A DNA stretch of 64,000 bases from an uncultured Eisenbergiella sp. (GTDB lineage Bacteria > Bacillota > Clostridia > Lachnospirales > Lachnospiraceae): contig CANRMT010000001.1 in the NCBI GenBank assembly GCA_947631815.1, positions 3,401-67,400 of the forward strand, given 5' to 3'. The notes under the pieces were generated by a model. That model was not told the origin of the DNA and made no database searches. It saw only the letters and a list, made by a program, of their open reading frames with translations. Positions 53,473 through 62,271 of this stretch are shown here, in pieces; position 1 is the stretch's first letter; every line of letters starts with the position of its first letter. The position numbers and the translations under genes were made by a program.

Positions 53473-55110
53473 ATGATAAGTGCGAACAATGTCACCCTGC
53501 GTCTGGGCAAAAAGGCCCTGTTTGAAGACGTGAACATCAAATTCACGGAAGGGAACTGCTACGGGATCATCGGCGCCAACGGCGCCGGGAAGTCCACCTT
53601 CCTTAGGATCCTCTCCGGCCAACTGGAGACCACCTCCGGCAACGTGGTCATGACGCCCGGCCAGCGCATGAGCGTGCTGGAGCAGGATCATTTCAAATAC
53701 GACGAATATCCCGTGATGGACGTGGTCATCATGGGCAACGCGCGTCTCTTCGAGATCATGAGGGAAAAGGACGAGATCTACGCCAAGGAAGATTTTTCGG
53801 ACGAGGACGGCATCCGGGCCTCCGAGCTGGAGGCGGAATTCGCCGAGATGGACGGCTGGAACGCGCAGGCCGACGCCGCCACCCTGTTAAACGGGCTGGG
53901 CATCGAGGAGGACCTGCATGAGAGCCTGATGAAGGATCTGAACGGCAACGATAAAGTGAAGGTCCTGCTCGCCAGAGCGCTGTTCGGCAATCCGGACATC
54001 CTGCTTTTGGACGAGCCCACCAACCACCTGGATCTGGACGCCATCGCCTGGCTGGAGGAATTCCTGATCAATTTTGAAAACACGGTCATCGTGGTTTCCC
54101 ACGACCGCTACTTTCTAAATAAGGTATGTACCCATATCGCGGACATCGACTACGGCAAGATCACGCTGTACGCCGGGAACTATGATTTCTGGTACGAATC
54201 CAGCCAGCTCCTGATCCGTCAGATGAAGGAGGCCAACCGGAAAAAGGAAGAAAAGATCAAAGAGCTCCAGGAGTTCATCTCCCGGTTCTCCGCCAACGCT
54301 TCCAAATCCAAACAGGCGACCTCCCGGAAACGTGCGCTGGAAAAGATCCAGCTGGACGAGATCAAGCCCTCCAGCCGGAAATATCCCTATATCGATTTCC
54401 GCCCGGACCGCGAGATCGGCAACGAGGTGCTCACCGTCACCGATCTGAGCAAGACCGTCAACGGCGTCAAGGTGCTGGATCATATTTCCTTCATCGTGGG
54501 GCACGACGACAAGATCGCCTTTGTCGGCGGGAACGAACAGGCCAAGACCGTGCTGTTTTCCATTCTCGCGGGCGAAATGGAACCGGACGAGGGCAGCTAT
54601 AAATGGGGCGTCACCACGTCGCAGGCCTATTTCCCCAAGGATTCTACGGCGGAATTCGACAACGACTACACCATCGCGGAATGGCTCACCGGCTACTCCC
54701 CCATCAAGGATGTGGCCTACGTCCGCGGGTTCCTGGGCAGAATGCTTTTCGCGGGCGAGGACGGCGTGAAGAAGGTGCGCGTGCTCTCCGGCGGCGAAAA
54801 GGTCCGCTGTCTGCTTTCCAAGATGATGATCTCCGGGGCCAACTGCCTGATCCTGGACGAACCCACCAACCATCTGGACATGGAATCCATCACCGCACTG
54901 AACAACGGGCTGATCAAATTCCCAGGCGTGGCCCTCTTCTCCTGTCATGACCATCAGTTCGTACAGACGACGGCCAACCGGATCATGGAAATCCTGCCGA
55001 ACGGCACCCTGATCGACAAGATCACCACCTATGACGAATACCTGGCCAACGATGAAATGGCGAGGAAGCGCACGGTCTACACCGCGCACGTGGAAGAGGA
55101 CGAAAATTGA
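53473..55110 (+). CDS. ABC-F family ATPase (YbiT/YkpA-like)
   Basis: Two NBDs (GANGAGKST; LLLDEPTNHLD; LSGGEK; LILDEPTNHLD), inter-domain linker, no TM segments. Confidence 0.93.
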   Translation: MISANNVTLRLGKKALFEDVNIKFTEGNCYGIIGANGAGKSTFLRILSGQLETTSGNVVMTPGQRMSVLEQDHFKYDEYPVMDVVIMGNARLFEIMREKDEIYAKEDFSDEDGIRASELEAEFAEMDGWNAQADAATLLNGLGIEEDLHESLMKDLNGNDKVKVLLARALFGNPDILLLDEPTNHLDLDAIAWLEEFLINFENTVIVVSHDRYFLNKVCTHIADIDYGKITLYAGNYDFWYESSQLLIRQMKEANRKKEEKIKELQEFISRFSANASKSKQATSRKRALEKIQLDEIKPSSRKYPYIDFRPDREIGNEVLTVTDLSKTVNGVKVLDHISFIVGHDDKIAFVGGNEQAKTVLFSILAGEMEPDEGSYKWGVTTSQAYFPKDSTAEFDNDYTIAEWLTGYSPIKDVAYVRGFLGRMLFAGEDGVKKVRVLSGGEKVRCLLSKMMISGANCLILDEPTNHLDMESITALNNGLIKFPGVALFSCHDHQFVQTTANRIMEILPNGTLIDKITTYDEYLANDEMARKRTVYTAHVEEDEN

Positions 55111-55985
55111 ACACGGTAGATCTGCACGTACACTCCAATAAATCGGACGGCAGCTTCTCTCCGGCCGAGCTGGTGGATCTGGCCCTGCAAAAGGGGCTGA
55201 GCGCCTTTGCGCTGACAGATCATGACACCACGGCCGGTCTGGAGGAGGCTGTCGCCTGCGGAAAGGAAAAGGGGCTCGAGGTGATCCCCGGCATCGAATT
55301 TTCCACCGCATACAGTCCCTCCCCATCTGCCCCCGAAAAGGACATCCACATCGTGGGGCTTTTTATCGACGAAAAAGCGCCGGCCTTCCAGCGGCATATT
55401 TCCCGCTTTGTGGAAGCCCGCGTCCTGCGCAACCGGAAAATGTGCGCCAGACTCGCGCAGGCCGGCATCGACATCAGCTATGAGAAGCTGACGGCGGCCT
55501 TTCCCGGCTCCGTCATCACGAGAGGCCACTATTCCCGCTACCTGTACGAGCACGGTTACGTGCGCACGCTCCGGGAGGCCTTCGACAGATATCTGGGGGA
55601 CCATACGCCCTATTTCGTCCCCAGAGAGAAGATCACGCCCGCCCAGGCCGTTTCCCTGATCCTGGAAGTGAAGGGGATCCCCGTGCTGGCCCACCCCACC
55701 CTGTATCACCTGGACGCGGACGACCTGACAGCGCTGGTGCGCGGCCTGAAGGACATCGGGCTTGTCGCGATGGAGACCATCTATTCCTCCTACAGCGCCG
55801 CGGAGACCGGTCAGATGCAGCAGCTGGCCGCCCGTTTCGGTCTGCTGCCCTCCGGCGGCTCGGATTTCCACGGGAAGAGCAAGCCCGGACTGGAAATGGG
55901 CACCGGCTACGGAAAGCTTTTCGTCCCGGAGGACGTCCTGACCGGGCTGAAGGAAAAGAGAAAAGAACTGTTCCCGGAACTTTAA
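55107..55985 (+). CDS. PHP domain phosphoesterase
   Basis: DLHVHSNKSDG, ALTDHDT, PGIEFS, HIVG, LAHP, GGSDFHG; TTG start overlapping the upstream TGA. Confidence 0.9.
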   Translation: MNTVDLHVHSNKSDGSFSPAELVDLALQKGLSAFALTDHDTTAGLEEAVACGKEKGLEVIPGIEFSTAYSPSPSAPEKDIHIVGLFIDEKAPAFQRHISRFVEARVLRNRKMCARLAQAGIDISYEKLTAAFPGSVITRGHYSRYLYEHGYVRTLREAFDRYLGDHTPYFVPREKITPAQAVSLILEVKGIPVLAHPTLYHLDADDLTALVRGLKDIGLVAMETIYSSYSAAETGQMQQLAARFGLLPSGGSDFHGKSKPGLEMGTGYGKLFVPEDVLTGLKEKRKELFPEL

Positions 55986-56012
55986 AACAACACACAGCAA
56001 AGGAATCCCTTC

Positions 56013-56828
56013 ATGTCCTATAAGATCCTTTTCACCGATATGGACGGCACGCTGCTGGACAGCGCGAAACAGATCTCGCCCGCCCTTCTCGCCCTGCTTC
56101 AAAAGCTGACGGACTCCGGCAGACGCCTGGTGCTTTCCACGGGCCGGACCATCAGCAGCATCGAAAAGGTGCTGGAGCGCACCGGCCTGATCTTCCCCGA
56201 TATGCTCGTCATCGCCGCCAACGGCAACATCGTTTACGACTGGAACCGCCGCCGGTATCTGGTGAACAAGACGGTCCCGCTCTCCATGGCGAAGGAGATC
56301 GTCTCCATGGCTGACGGGTACGGACTGCATATCCAGACCTACACGGATACCCACGCGGTCTGTCATAAAAAAACGCCGGAGTCCCTGTTCTACCACAAGG
56401 GCACCGGCATGGATTTTCTCTATGCGGACGATATCATGAGCCTGTGCAGCGAGCCGCCCTGCAAGCTGCTGGCCATCGACTTAAAAGACCGTTCCCGCCT
56501 GACGCTGCTGCAGAAGGATGTGCTGGACCGTTTCGGCGGCACGCTGACGGCCACGTTCTCCTGCAATGAATATCTGGAGATCTTCGACAAGACCGCCGGA
56601 AAAGGCAGCGCGGTGCGATTCATCTGTGATCATCTGCACGTTCCGGCCGCGGAAACCGTGGCCGTCGGCGACGCGGAAAACGATATCTCCATGCTGCAGG
56701 CCGCCGGGATCGGCGCCGCCATGGCCAATGCCGCGCCCGAGGTGAAGCAGAGCGCCGACTTCATCACGGAAGCGGACAACGACCACGACGGGCTGGCGGA
56801 GGTGCTGCACCGATTCTTTCAGCTATAA
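56013..56828 (+). CDS. Cof-type HAD-IIB hydrolase
   Basis: DMDGTLL, LSTGR, KG, VGDAENDISML, MANA. Confidence 0.92.
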   Translation: MSYKILFTDMDGTLLDSAKQISPALLALLQKLTDSGRRLVLSTGRTISSIEKVLERTGLIFPDMLVIAANGNIVYDWNRRRYLVNKTVPLSMAKEIVSMADGYGLHIQTYTDTHAVCHKKTPESLFYHKGTGMDFLYADDIMSLCSEPPCKLLAIDLKDRSRLTLLQKDVLDRFGGTLTATFSCNEYLEIFDKTAGKGSAVRFICDHLHVPAAETVAVGDAENDISMLQAAGIGAAMANAAPEVKQSADFITEADNDHDGLAEVLHRFFQL

Positions 56829-56877
56829 AAAGACCGCAGTGATATTTCCGGATCGGAAAACACTGCGGTTTTTCTTT
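56827..56877. terminator. Bidirectional intrinsic terminator between convergent genes
   Basis: accgcagtg/cactgcggt stem with inner tttccg/cggaaa, A-tract before and T-tract after. Confidence 0.8.
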
Positions 56878-56895
56878 TCTACACCTCTGCGGTCT

Positions 56896-57147
56896 TCATG
56901 CCTCTACGATCAGATACCGGCCGTCTCCCACGTCGAATACCTCATCCGCCTCCAGGATGTTGTCATAGTCATCCGTGTCAATGCCCTCTTCCTCGAAGTA
57001 TTCTTCCACTTCCTCCGCGGAATCGGCCACCACGGCCATGCAGTCCTCGAGGAACTCCTCCGCCTCGCTCAGCGTGGAGGCCACATCCTCCCGGAACAGC
57101 TGTCCCTGTTTTTCCAGAAAACACCGCAATACCATCTCATCGAACAT
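56896..57147 (-). CDS. Highly acidic 83-aa hypothetical protein
   Basis: MFDEMVLRCFLEKQGQLF...EAEEFLEDCMAVV...EVFDVGDGRYLIVEA; SD ggaggcgg. Confidence 0.75.
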   Translation of the reverse strand: MFDEMVLRCFLEKQGQLFREDVASTLSEAEEFLEDCMAVVADSAEEVEEYFEEEGIDTDDYDNILEADEVFDVGDGRYLIVEA

Positions 57148-57299
57148 ATTTCCGCCTCCGTCAGCAGTCCCCGCACAAGCTTTCTGCACAGAGGCCGCCA
57201 TCTGCGCCGCCGTGTCACGTTTCCGCGCCGGGCATCCGTTCCGCACCGCAATACCGCAGCCCCGCGGGCGGGAACATCCGCCTGTTGCAGCCCGCGGGA

Positions 57300-58733
57300 T
57301 CAGTAAACGCCCACAAAAGAAAGGATGGGCGCGACCCGGGCGTCCGTGATCCGCACGATCAACTCCTTCGTCCGCAGACCGTTCAGTGCCACGATCTTTT
57401 TGTGACCGATGACCGTGCAGGCCTCATATTCCTGTTCGTTTCCGTCCGCATCCGCATAGCTGACCGTAAAGGCCTCCACGCGCTGGCTGAACCGGATCTG
57501 CTCCTTCAGCACCAGATACTCCAGCTTCTGTTCCTCCTCCCAGCGCAGCCTGACCGTGAGCTCCCGCTCTCCCTCCGGATTCTCAAAGTAAGCGTCGTAA
57601 TCGTCCCGGCGCACGTTTTCGATCGTCCCGCCGTTCTGATCCGCCGCGGGCAGCGAAACCAGCTGCGCCTTATCCGCCAGGTTGTCCGCAAAGGCCTCCC
57701 GCAGGAATGCGCCGAGACGCGCCAGCGTCCTCACATCGGTCTCATGGAACAAGCCATCCGGCGTCGGCGGCAGATTCAGGAGCAGATTGGCGTTGCCGCC
57801 CACCGTTTTGAGGTAGATGTCCTTCAGGTTCTCAAAGCTCCGCACCTGACCGTCTTCCTCCGGATGGTAAAACCAGCCGGGACGGATAGAAAGATCCGTC
57901 TCCGCCGGATAGAAGATCAGATCCGGCTCCTTTTTCAGCTTCTGACGGCTTCCGAGATCCAGCTGCGTGCTGTCGATGCCCCGCTCCCGGAAGTTCTTAT
58001 CGTCCTCTTTCTGGCTCTTCTCCGCCACACGTTCCGCTCTGGCCATGTCCGCGGGCACCACGCTCCACTCGCTGGGCCTGGTCTTTCCGGCCTCATTGCC
58101 GCACCAGCGGATATCCGGCCCGCAGCCAAAGATGCAGGCGCCCGGCTGCAGCCTGCGGACCACCTCGAAATAACGCTCCCAATCGTAGCGCTGCACCCTG
58201 CCGTTGGGTCCCTCCCCGCAGGCGCCGTCCAGCCAGACCACGCAGATCTCTCCGTAGCCGGTCAGCAGCTCCTCCAGCTGGTTCACATAATAATCGTCAT
58301 AGGGCTTTCCCTGCCCGTACAGCGGACAGTTCCGGTCCCAGGGCGAAAGATATACGCCGAATTTCAGCCCGTACGCCCGGCAGGCATCGGATACCTCCCG
58401 CACGATATCCCCCCTGCCGCCCTTGTAGGGAGAATTTTTCACGCTGTGCTCCGTATAGCGGCTGGGCCACAGGCAAAAGCCGTCATGATGCTTGCAGGTC
58501 AGGATGATGCCCCTGGCGCCGCCCTCCTTCACCGCCGCCGCCCACTGCCCGGCGTCCATCTTCGCCGGATAAAAGATGGATTCCGGCTCATCGCCCAGCC
58601 CCCACTCCCTGCCGGTATAGGTGTTCACCGTGAAATGAGCGAAGCAAAGAAATTCCAGTTCCTGATAGGCGATCTGTCTGGGATGCGGCACCGCCCGGAT
58701 CAGCCGCAGATCCTCCTGCATATTTTCGTACAT
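57300..58733 (-). CDS. Alpha-L-fucosidase, GH29
   Basis: FAHFTVNTY, ILTCKHHDGFCLWPS, FGVYLSPWDR, VWLDGA, SIRPGWFYH, NLLLNLPP. Confidence 0.93.
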   Translation of the reverse strand: MYENMQEDLRLIRAVPHPRQIAYQELEFLCFAHFTVNTYTGREWGLGDEPESIFYPAKMDAGQWAAAVKEGGARGIILTCKHHDGFCLWPSRYTEHSVKNSPYKGGRGDIVREVSDACRAYGLKFGVYLSPWDRNCPLYGQGKPYDDYYVNQLEELLTGYGEICVVWLDGACGEGPNGRVQRYDWERYFEVVRRLQPGACIFGCGPDIRWCGNEAGKTRPSEWSVVPADMARAERVAEKSQKEDDKNFRERGIDSTQLDLGSRQKLKKEPDLIFYPAETDLSIRPGWFYHPEEDGQVRSFENLKDIYLKTVGGNANLLLNLPPTPDGLFHETDVRTLARLGAFLREAFADNLADKAQLVSLPAADQNGGTIENVRRDDYDAYFENPEGERELTVRLRWEEEQKLEYLVLKEQIRFSQRVEAFTVSYADADGNEQEYEACTVIGHKKIVALNGLRTKELIVRITDARVAPILSFVGVY

Positions 58734-58755
58734 CCCGGTCCCCTCCTTCGGATCC

Positions 58756-60732
58756 TCACCTCAACACTGCCGTATCGTAGCGGATGCCGTTCCGGATCCC
58801 GTACTCGCGCTCCATATAGTAGGCGATGCGCTTCTGCGCATAGACGGAATTGATCAGATCGCAGTTCACCAGCAGGATCAGGAACTGATGCTCGCTGTAG
58901 CGGGCGAAGCAGTCGCTCTTCCTCAGATTCCGCCGGATGGCCGTCTGCAGCTTTTCGCTCAGGCTGTCCAGCTTCTTCTGCGCCAGCGGCACCCCTTTCT
59001 TTTCATCCAGCATCGTGCAGAGCATCAGCGTGGCCGGTGCCTCGCCTTCCCGGTTGTTGCGGACCATCTGCATACAGATGCCCTCAAAATTCGGCCAGGA
59101 GCAGTAATATGTCCCCTGGATCCCCGAGGCCGCGCCGCTCAGCTCCCGCTGAATGTCCTCGATCTTGCCGTCCGTATTGCGGATGCGCTCCCGCAGCAGA
59201 TCGTGCCGCTCCCGCAGCTCGTCGGACATGTCGTTGTGCATCTCGTCCGCATAATACGAAGCCATTCTGCGGTAGAAGTCCTGCGCGTCCTGGAAGCGCT
59301 CCAGGGCGATCAGACAGTCCAGACACTCCAGCTCCCATTCCTCGTGCGGATAGATCCGGGCGGCGTTGCTGCACACCGTCAGCATGTCCTCATACCGGCC
59401 GTCCTGCTTCAGGATCGAGCAGAGCTGCCGCAGAGCATCGTAATACATCTGCTTGTAAGAGGCGCGAAGCTCGCCCGCCCAGCTGTCAGCGGGCATCCTG
59501 GGGATAAAATCGCCCTTGTACTGAGAACAGGCCTCCATCAGATACCGGAGCTTCTGCTTGTCCTCCTTCTCCGCGGCGGCGAGCTCCAGGGCGCGTTTGA
59601 ACCGTCCCGTATCCGTATCCAGCGAAAGCTCGCCGTTCCAGTAATAATAGCTTTTTCGGATCACGATATAGGCCGCGGGCGGAAGGATGGATCCCTCTAT
59701 CATCTTGCGCAGGCGGAAAACCGTCTGCTTCATGTTGTTGGTCTTATCCGTTACCTTCCCTTTCCCGTAGAGCGCCTCCTGCAGCTTCTCCCGGATCACG
59801 CCCTCATCCTGGGCGTGCAGCAGGATCTCCAGAAGCTGCATGGGCTTGCTGGACGTGCTGTTGTCCAGCACGACCTCCGTCCCGTTGAAGGAAACGCGGA
59901 AATTGCCGAAGAACGTGACTTCCAGACCGTTGTTCTGCTCCACACGGCTCAGACGGCGGATGATCTGCCATACGCCCTTTTCCCGCCAGGACGGACAGAT
60001 GAACCGCGCCGCCTCCTTCACAACGCGGGGCGAATCCTCCACCGCATAGCTCTCTCCGGCGGCCTGCAGCATGTCCGCATCCGACTCTCCGTTGCCGAAG
60101 GCGATCGTTTCCGATCTGGTGATCCCGTACTGGTTCTGGATCAGTGAGACCGCGACGTTCTTTCCGGCCGAAAGATCCGTGAAATCCAGCCATTCTTCCT
60201 CATCCATGCAGATATTCAGCCGGTCCTTCCAGGTCGGGATCAGGATGGATTCGGCCAGCTCGCGGATACCGCCCTCCCGGTAGACGGAGACCTTAAAGGT
60301 CTGCGGGCGTTCGGACAGCACGTCCTTCATGACCTTGAAATAGCAGTGGTATCCGTTGCCCAAAAGGCCCAGGAAATCCCGGTCCGCCGTCTCCACCAGG
60401 CAGCCCTCCGGCGTGGAGACCACGATCCGGCAGTCTTCGAATCCCCTGAGCTGTTCCACGAGCTCGTTCACATAATCCTGCCGCATCAGCGTCATGAGAA
60501 GATCCCGCCCCTGATACTGGACGTGGGCGCCGTTTTCCGCTATATAAATGATCCGATCCTCCACCTCCCGGAACAGGTTCGCGATGCTCTCCTGCGGCCT
60601 TCCGCCGGCGCAGGCGACCAGAACGCCTCTGTCCGTCTGCCTCCGGATCTCCTCCACGATCTCCGGATACAACTCCGAGGAAGCGCCCTGGATCAGGGTC
60701 CCGTCAATATCTGTCACGATCAGTTTTATCAT
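58756..60732 (-). CDS. Fusion protein: Cof-like HAD domain + SARP-type wHTH-BTAD activator + degenerate GGDEF-like domain
   Basis: DIDGTL...AFGNGESDADML; VTFFGNFRV...LLEILL...REKLQEALY...KQTVFRLRK; YKGDFIP...W...EEWELECLDCLIA; LRKSDCFARYSEHQFLILL. Confidence 0.8.
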   Translation of the reverse strand: MIKLIVTDIDGTLIQGASSELYPEIVEEIRRQTDRGVLVACAGGRPQESIANLFREVEDRIIYIAENGAHVQYQGRDLLMTLMRQDYVNELVEQLRGFEDCRIVVSTPEGCLVETADRDFLGLLGNGYHCYFKVMKDVLSERPQTFKVSVYREGGIRELAESILIPTWKDRLNICMDEEEWLDFTDLSAGKNVAVSLIQNQYGITRSETIAFGNGESDADMLQAAGESYAVEDSPRVVKEAARFICPSWREKGVWQIIRRLSRVEQNNGLEVTFFGNFRVSFNGTEVVLDNSTSSKPMQLLEILLHAQDEGVIREKLQEALYGKGKVTDKTNNMKQTVFRLRKMIEGSILPPAAYIVIRKSYYYWNGELSLDTDTGRFKRALELAAAEKEDKQKLRYLMEACSQYKGDFIPRMPADSWAGELRASYKQMYYDALRQLCSILKQDGRYEDMLTVCSNAARIYPHEEWELECLDCLIALERFQDAQDFYRRMASYYADEMHNDMSDELRERHDLLRERIRNTDGKIEDIQRELSGAASGIQGTYYCSWPNFEGICMQMVRNNREGEAPATLMLCTMLDEKKGVPLAQKKLDSLSEKLQTAIRRNLRKSDCFARYSEHQFLILLVNCDLINSVYAQKRIAYYMEREYGIRNGIRYDTAVLR

Positions 60733-60801
60733 ACTTTCTCTCCTGTCTGCCGCATGGCTTTCCCGGTTTCCCGTTCTTTCTCTTCGGTTTTCCTTAACCT
60801 T

Positions 60802-61500
60802 TTACTCTATATATAAAAGCAGCTCATCGGGTCTTCCGATCAGCGCATCCGCACCGTGTGCCGTCAGTTCCTCCGCATCCCGGAAGCCCCATAGCACACC
60901 GATCGTCTGCAGAGCCGCGTTTTTTCCGGTGTCCATATCCACGCAGCTGTCCCCCACATACAGCGCCTCATCCGCCTTTACGTTCAACTTTTCCAAAACC
61001 CGGTACACGCCCTCCGGGGAAGGCTTCTTCTGAAAGGAAGGCTCCTGCCCCTGAATGACGTCGACGCTGCCGGCCCCGAAGACCGACTCTACCACGTCCA
61101 CCGCATTCGGATGGGGCTTGTTGGTGAGCACCGCCGTCCTGACCCCTCTTTCCCTCAGCAACGCCAAAAGCGCCTCCATGCCGTCATAGGGCCGTACCCG
61201 GTACGTGCATCCCGTTTTGAAATATTCCATATAACGCTGCAGCACCGGTTCCAGATGCACAGGACGGGTCAGATAACCGTCGTCATCCGGCTCCGAAAGG
61301 GCACCGCCCTCCGGGTCCCCGGCGGCCCGCAGCGCCCTGGTCACCTGGGTCCTGGCGCCGTCCCCGACAAAACGCCGGAATCTTTCCGTCTCCAGCGGCG
61401 GCAGGCCGAAATCTCCCATCGCCCGATTGGTGCACCGGGCGATGGATTCCAGCGTATCCGCCAGCGTTCCGTCCAGATCAAAGATCACTGCCTTCTTCAC
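60802..61500 (-). CDS. HAD-IA hydrolase (phosphoglycolate phosphatase-like)
   Basis: IFDLDGTLADTL, VLTNK, KKPSPEG, YVGDSCVD; GTG start overlapping the maf stop (alternative TTG 61506). Confidence 0.9.
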   Translation of the reverse strand: MKKAVIFDLDGTLADTLESIARCTNRAMGDFGLPPLETERFRRFVGDGARTQVTRALRAAGDPEGGALSEPDDDGYLTRPVHLEPVLQRYMEYFKTGCTYRVRPYDGMEALLALLRERGVRTAVLTNKPHPNAVDVVESVFGAGSVDVIQGQEPSFQKKPSPEGVYRVLEKLNVKADEALYVGDSCVDMDTGKNAALQTIGVLWGFRDAEELTAHGADALIGRPDELLLYIE

Positions 61501-62198
61501 AGCCAATTCCTCTGCCGCATTTCCTGATAGAGCCTGCCCACCGGCAGCCCCACCACATTGTTGTAATCTCCCTCGATCCCTTTGATGAACGCGGCGCCTC
61601 TTCCCTGAATGCCGTAGGCGCCCGCCTTGTCCATCGGCTCTCCCGTCCCGACATAGGCCGCGATCTCCTCCGGCGTCATGGGATAAAAGTCCACCCGGGT
61701 GCGCTCATAAAAGGAAAAGCGTTCTGCCCGTCTTCCTGACCGGATCACCGTCACGCCAGTGTAGACGAAATGGCTCTTTCCCTGCAGCTCTCCCAGCATC
61801 CGGCAGGCGTCTTCCCTTCCCGCCGGTTTTCCGAGGATCCTTCCGCCGCATGCCACCACCGTATCCGCGCCGATGACCAACAGCCGCTCCGCGGGCAGGT
61901 CTTCCGGCCGCACCGGTGTCCCGTCCCCGACAGCCGCATCCCCGGCGGCAGCCTCCTCCGACCGCGCCGCGGCTCCGTTCCCGACTGCCGTCCACAGATC
62001 CTTTCCCGCCGTCAGCCGCCCGTATACCTCCGCCGCCTTCTGCGCAGCCAACTCCAGCACCAGCGCATCCGGCGCCGCAGCCCCCGCATGCTCTTCCCCG
62101 CGGCTGGGATACACCGTGAAGGTCAGGCCGATCTGGGAAAGCAGCTCCCGCCTTCTCGGCGATGCCGAGGCCAGCACGATCCTGTACCGATCATCCAT
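61497..62198 (-). CDS. maf: Maf-family nucleotide pyrophosphatase
   Basis: VLASASPRRRELL, IGADTVV, ILGKP, HFVYTGV, EPMDKAGAYGIQG, YNNVVGLP. Confidence 0.93.
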   Translation of the reverse strand: MDDRYRIVLASASPRRRELLSQIGLTFTVYPSRGEEHAGAAAPDALVLELAAQKAAEVYGRLTAGKDLWTAVGNGAAARSEEAAAGDAAVGDGTPVRPEDLPAERLLVIGADTVVACGGRILGKPAGREDACRMLGELQGKSHFVYTGVTVIRSGRRAERFSFYERTRVDFYPMTPEEIAAYVGTGEPMDKAGAYGIQGRGAAFIKGIEGDYNNVVGLPVGRLYQEMRQRNWL

Positions 62199-62271
62199 AG
62201 TCCGATCCCCACACTCCTCCTGCTTTCCGGGCGGGGAAATGTGCGCATCCCCCTGCGCCCGCCTGCAATGC

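Noticed and set aside
53473-55110. ABC-F as an antibiotic resistance (ARE) gene
   Set aside because: Sequence and context look like the housekeeping YbiT/YkpA type; no leader peptide/attenuator or mobile context seen. A phylogeny would be needed to claim resistance.
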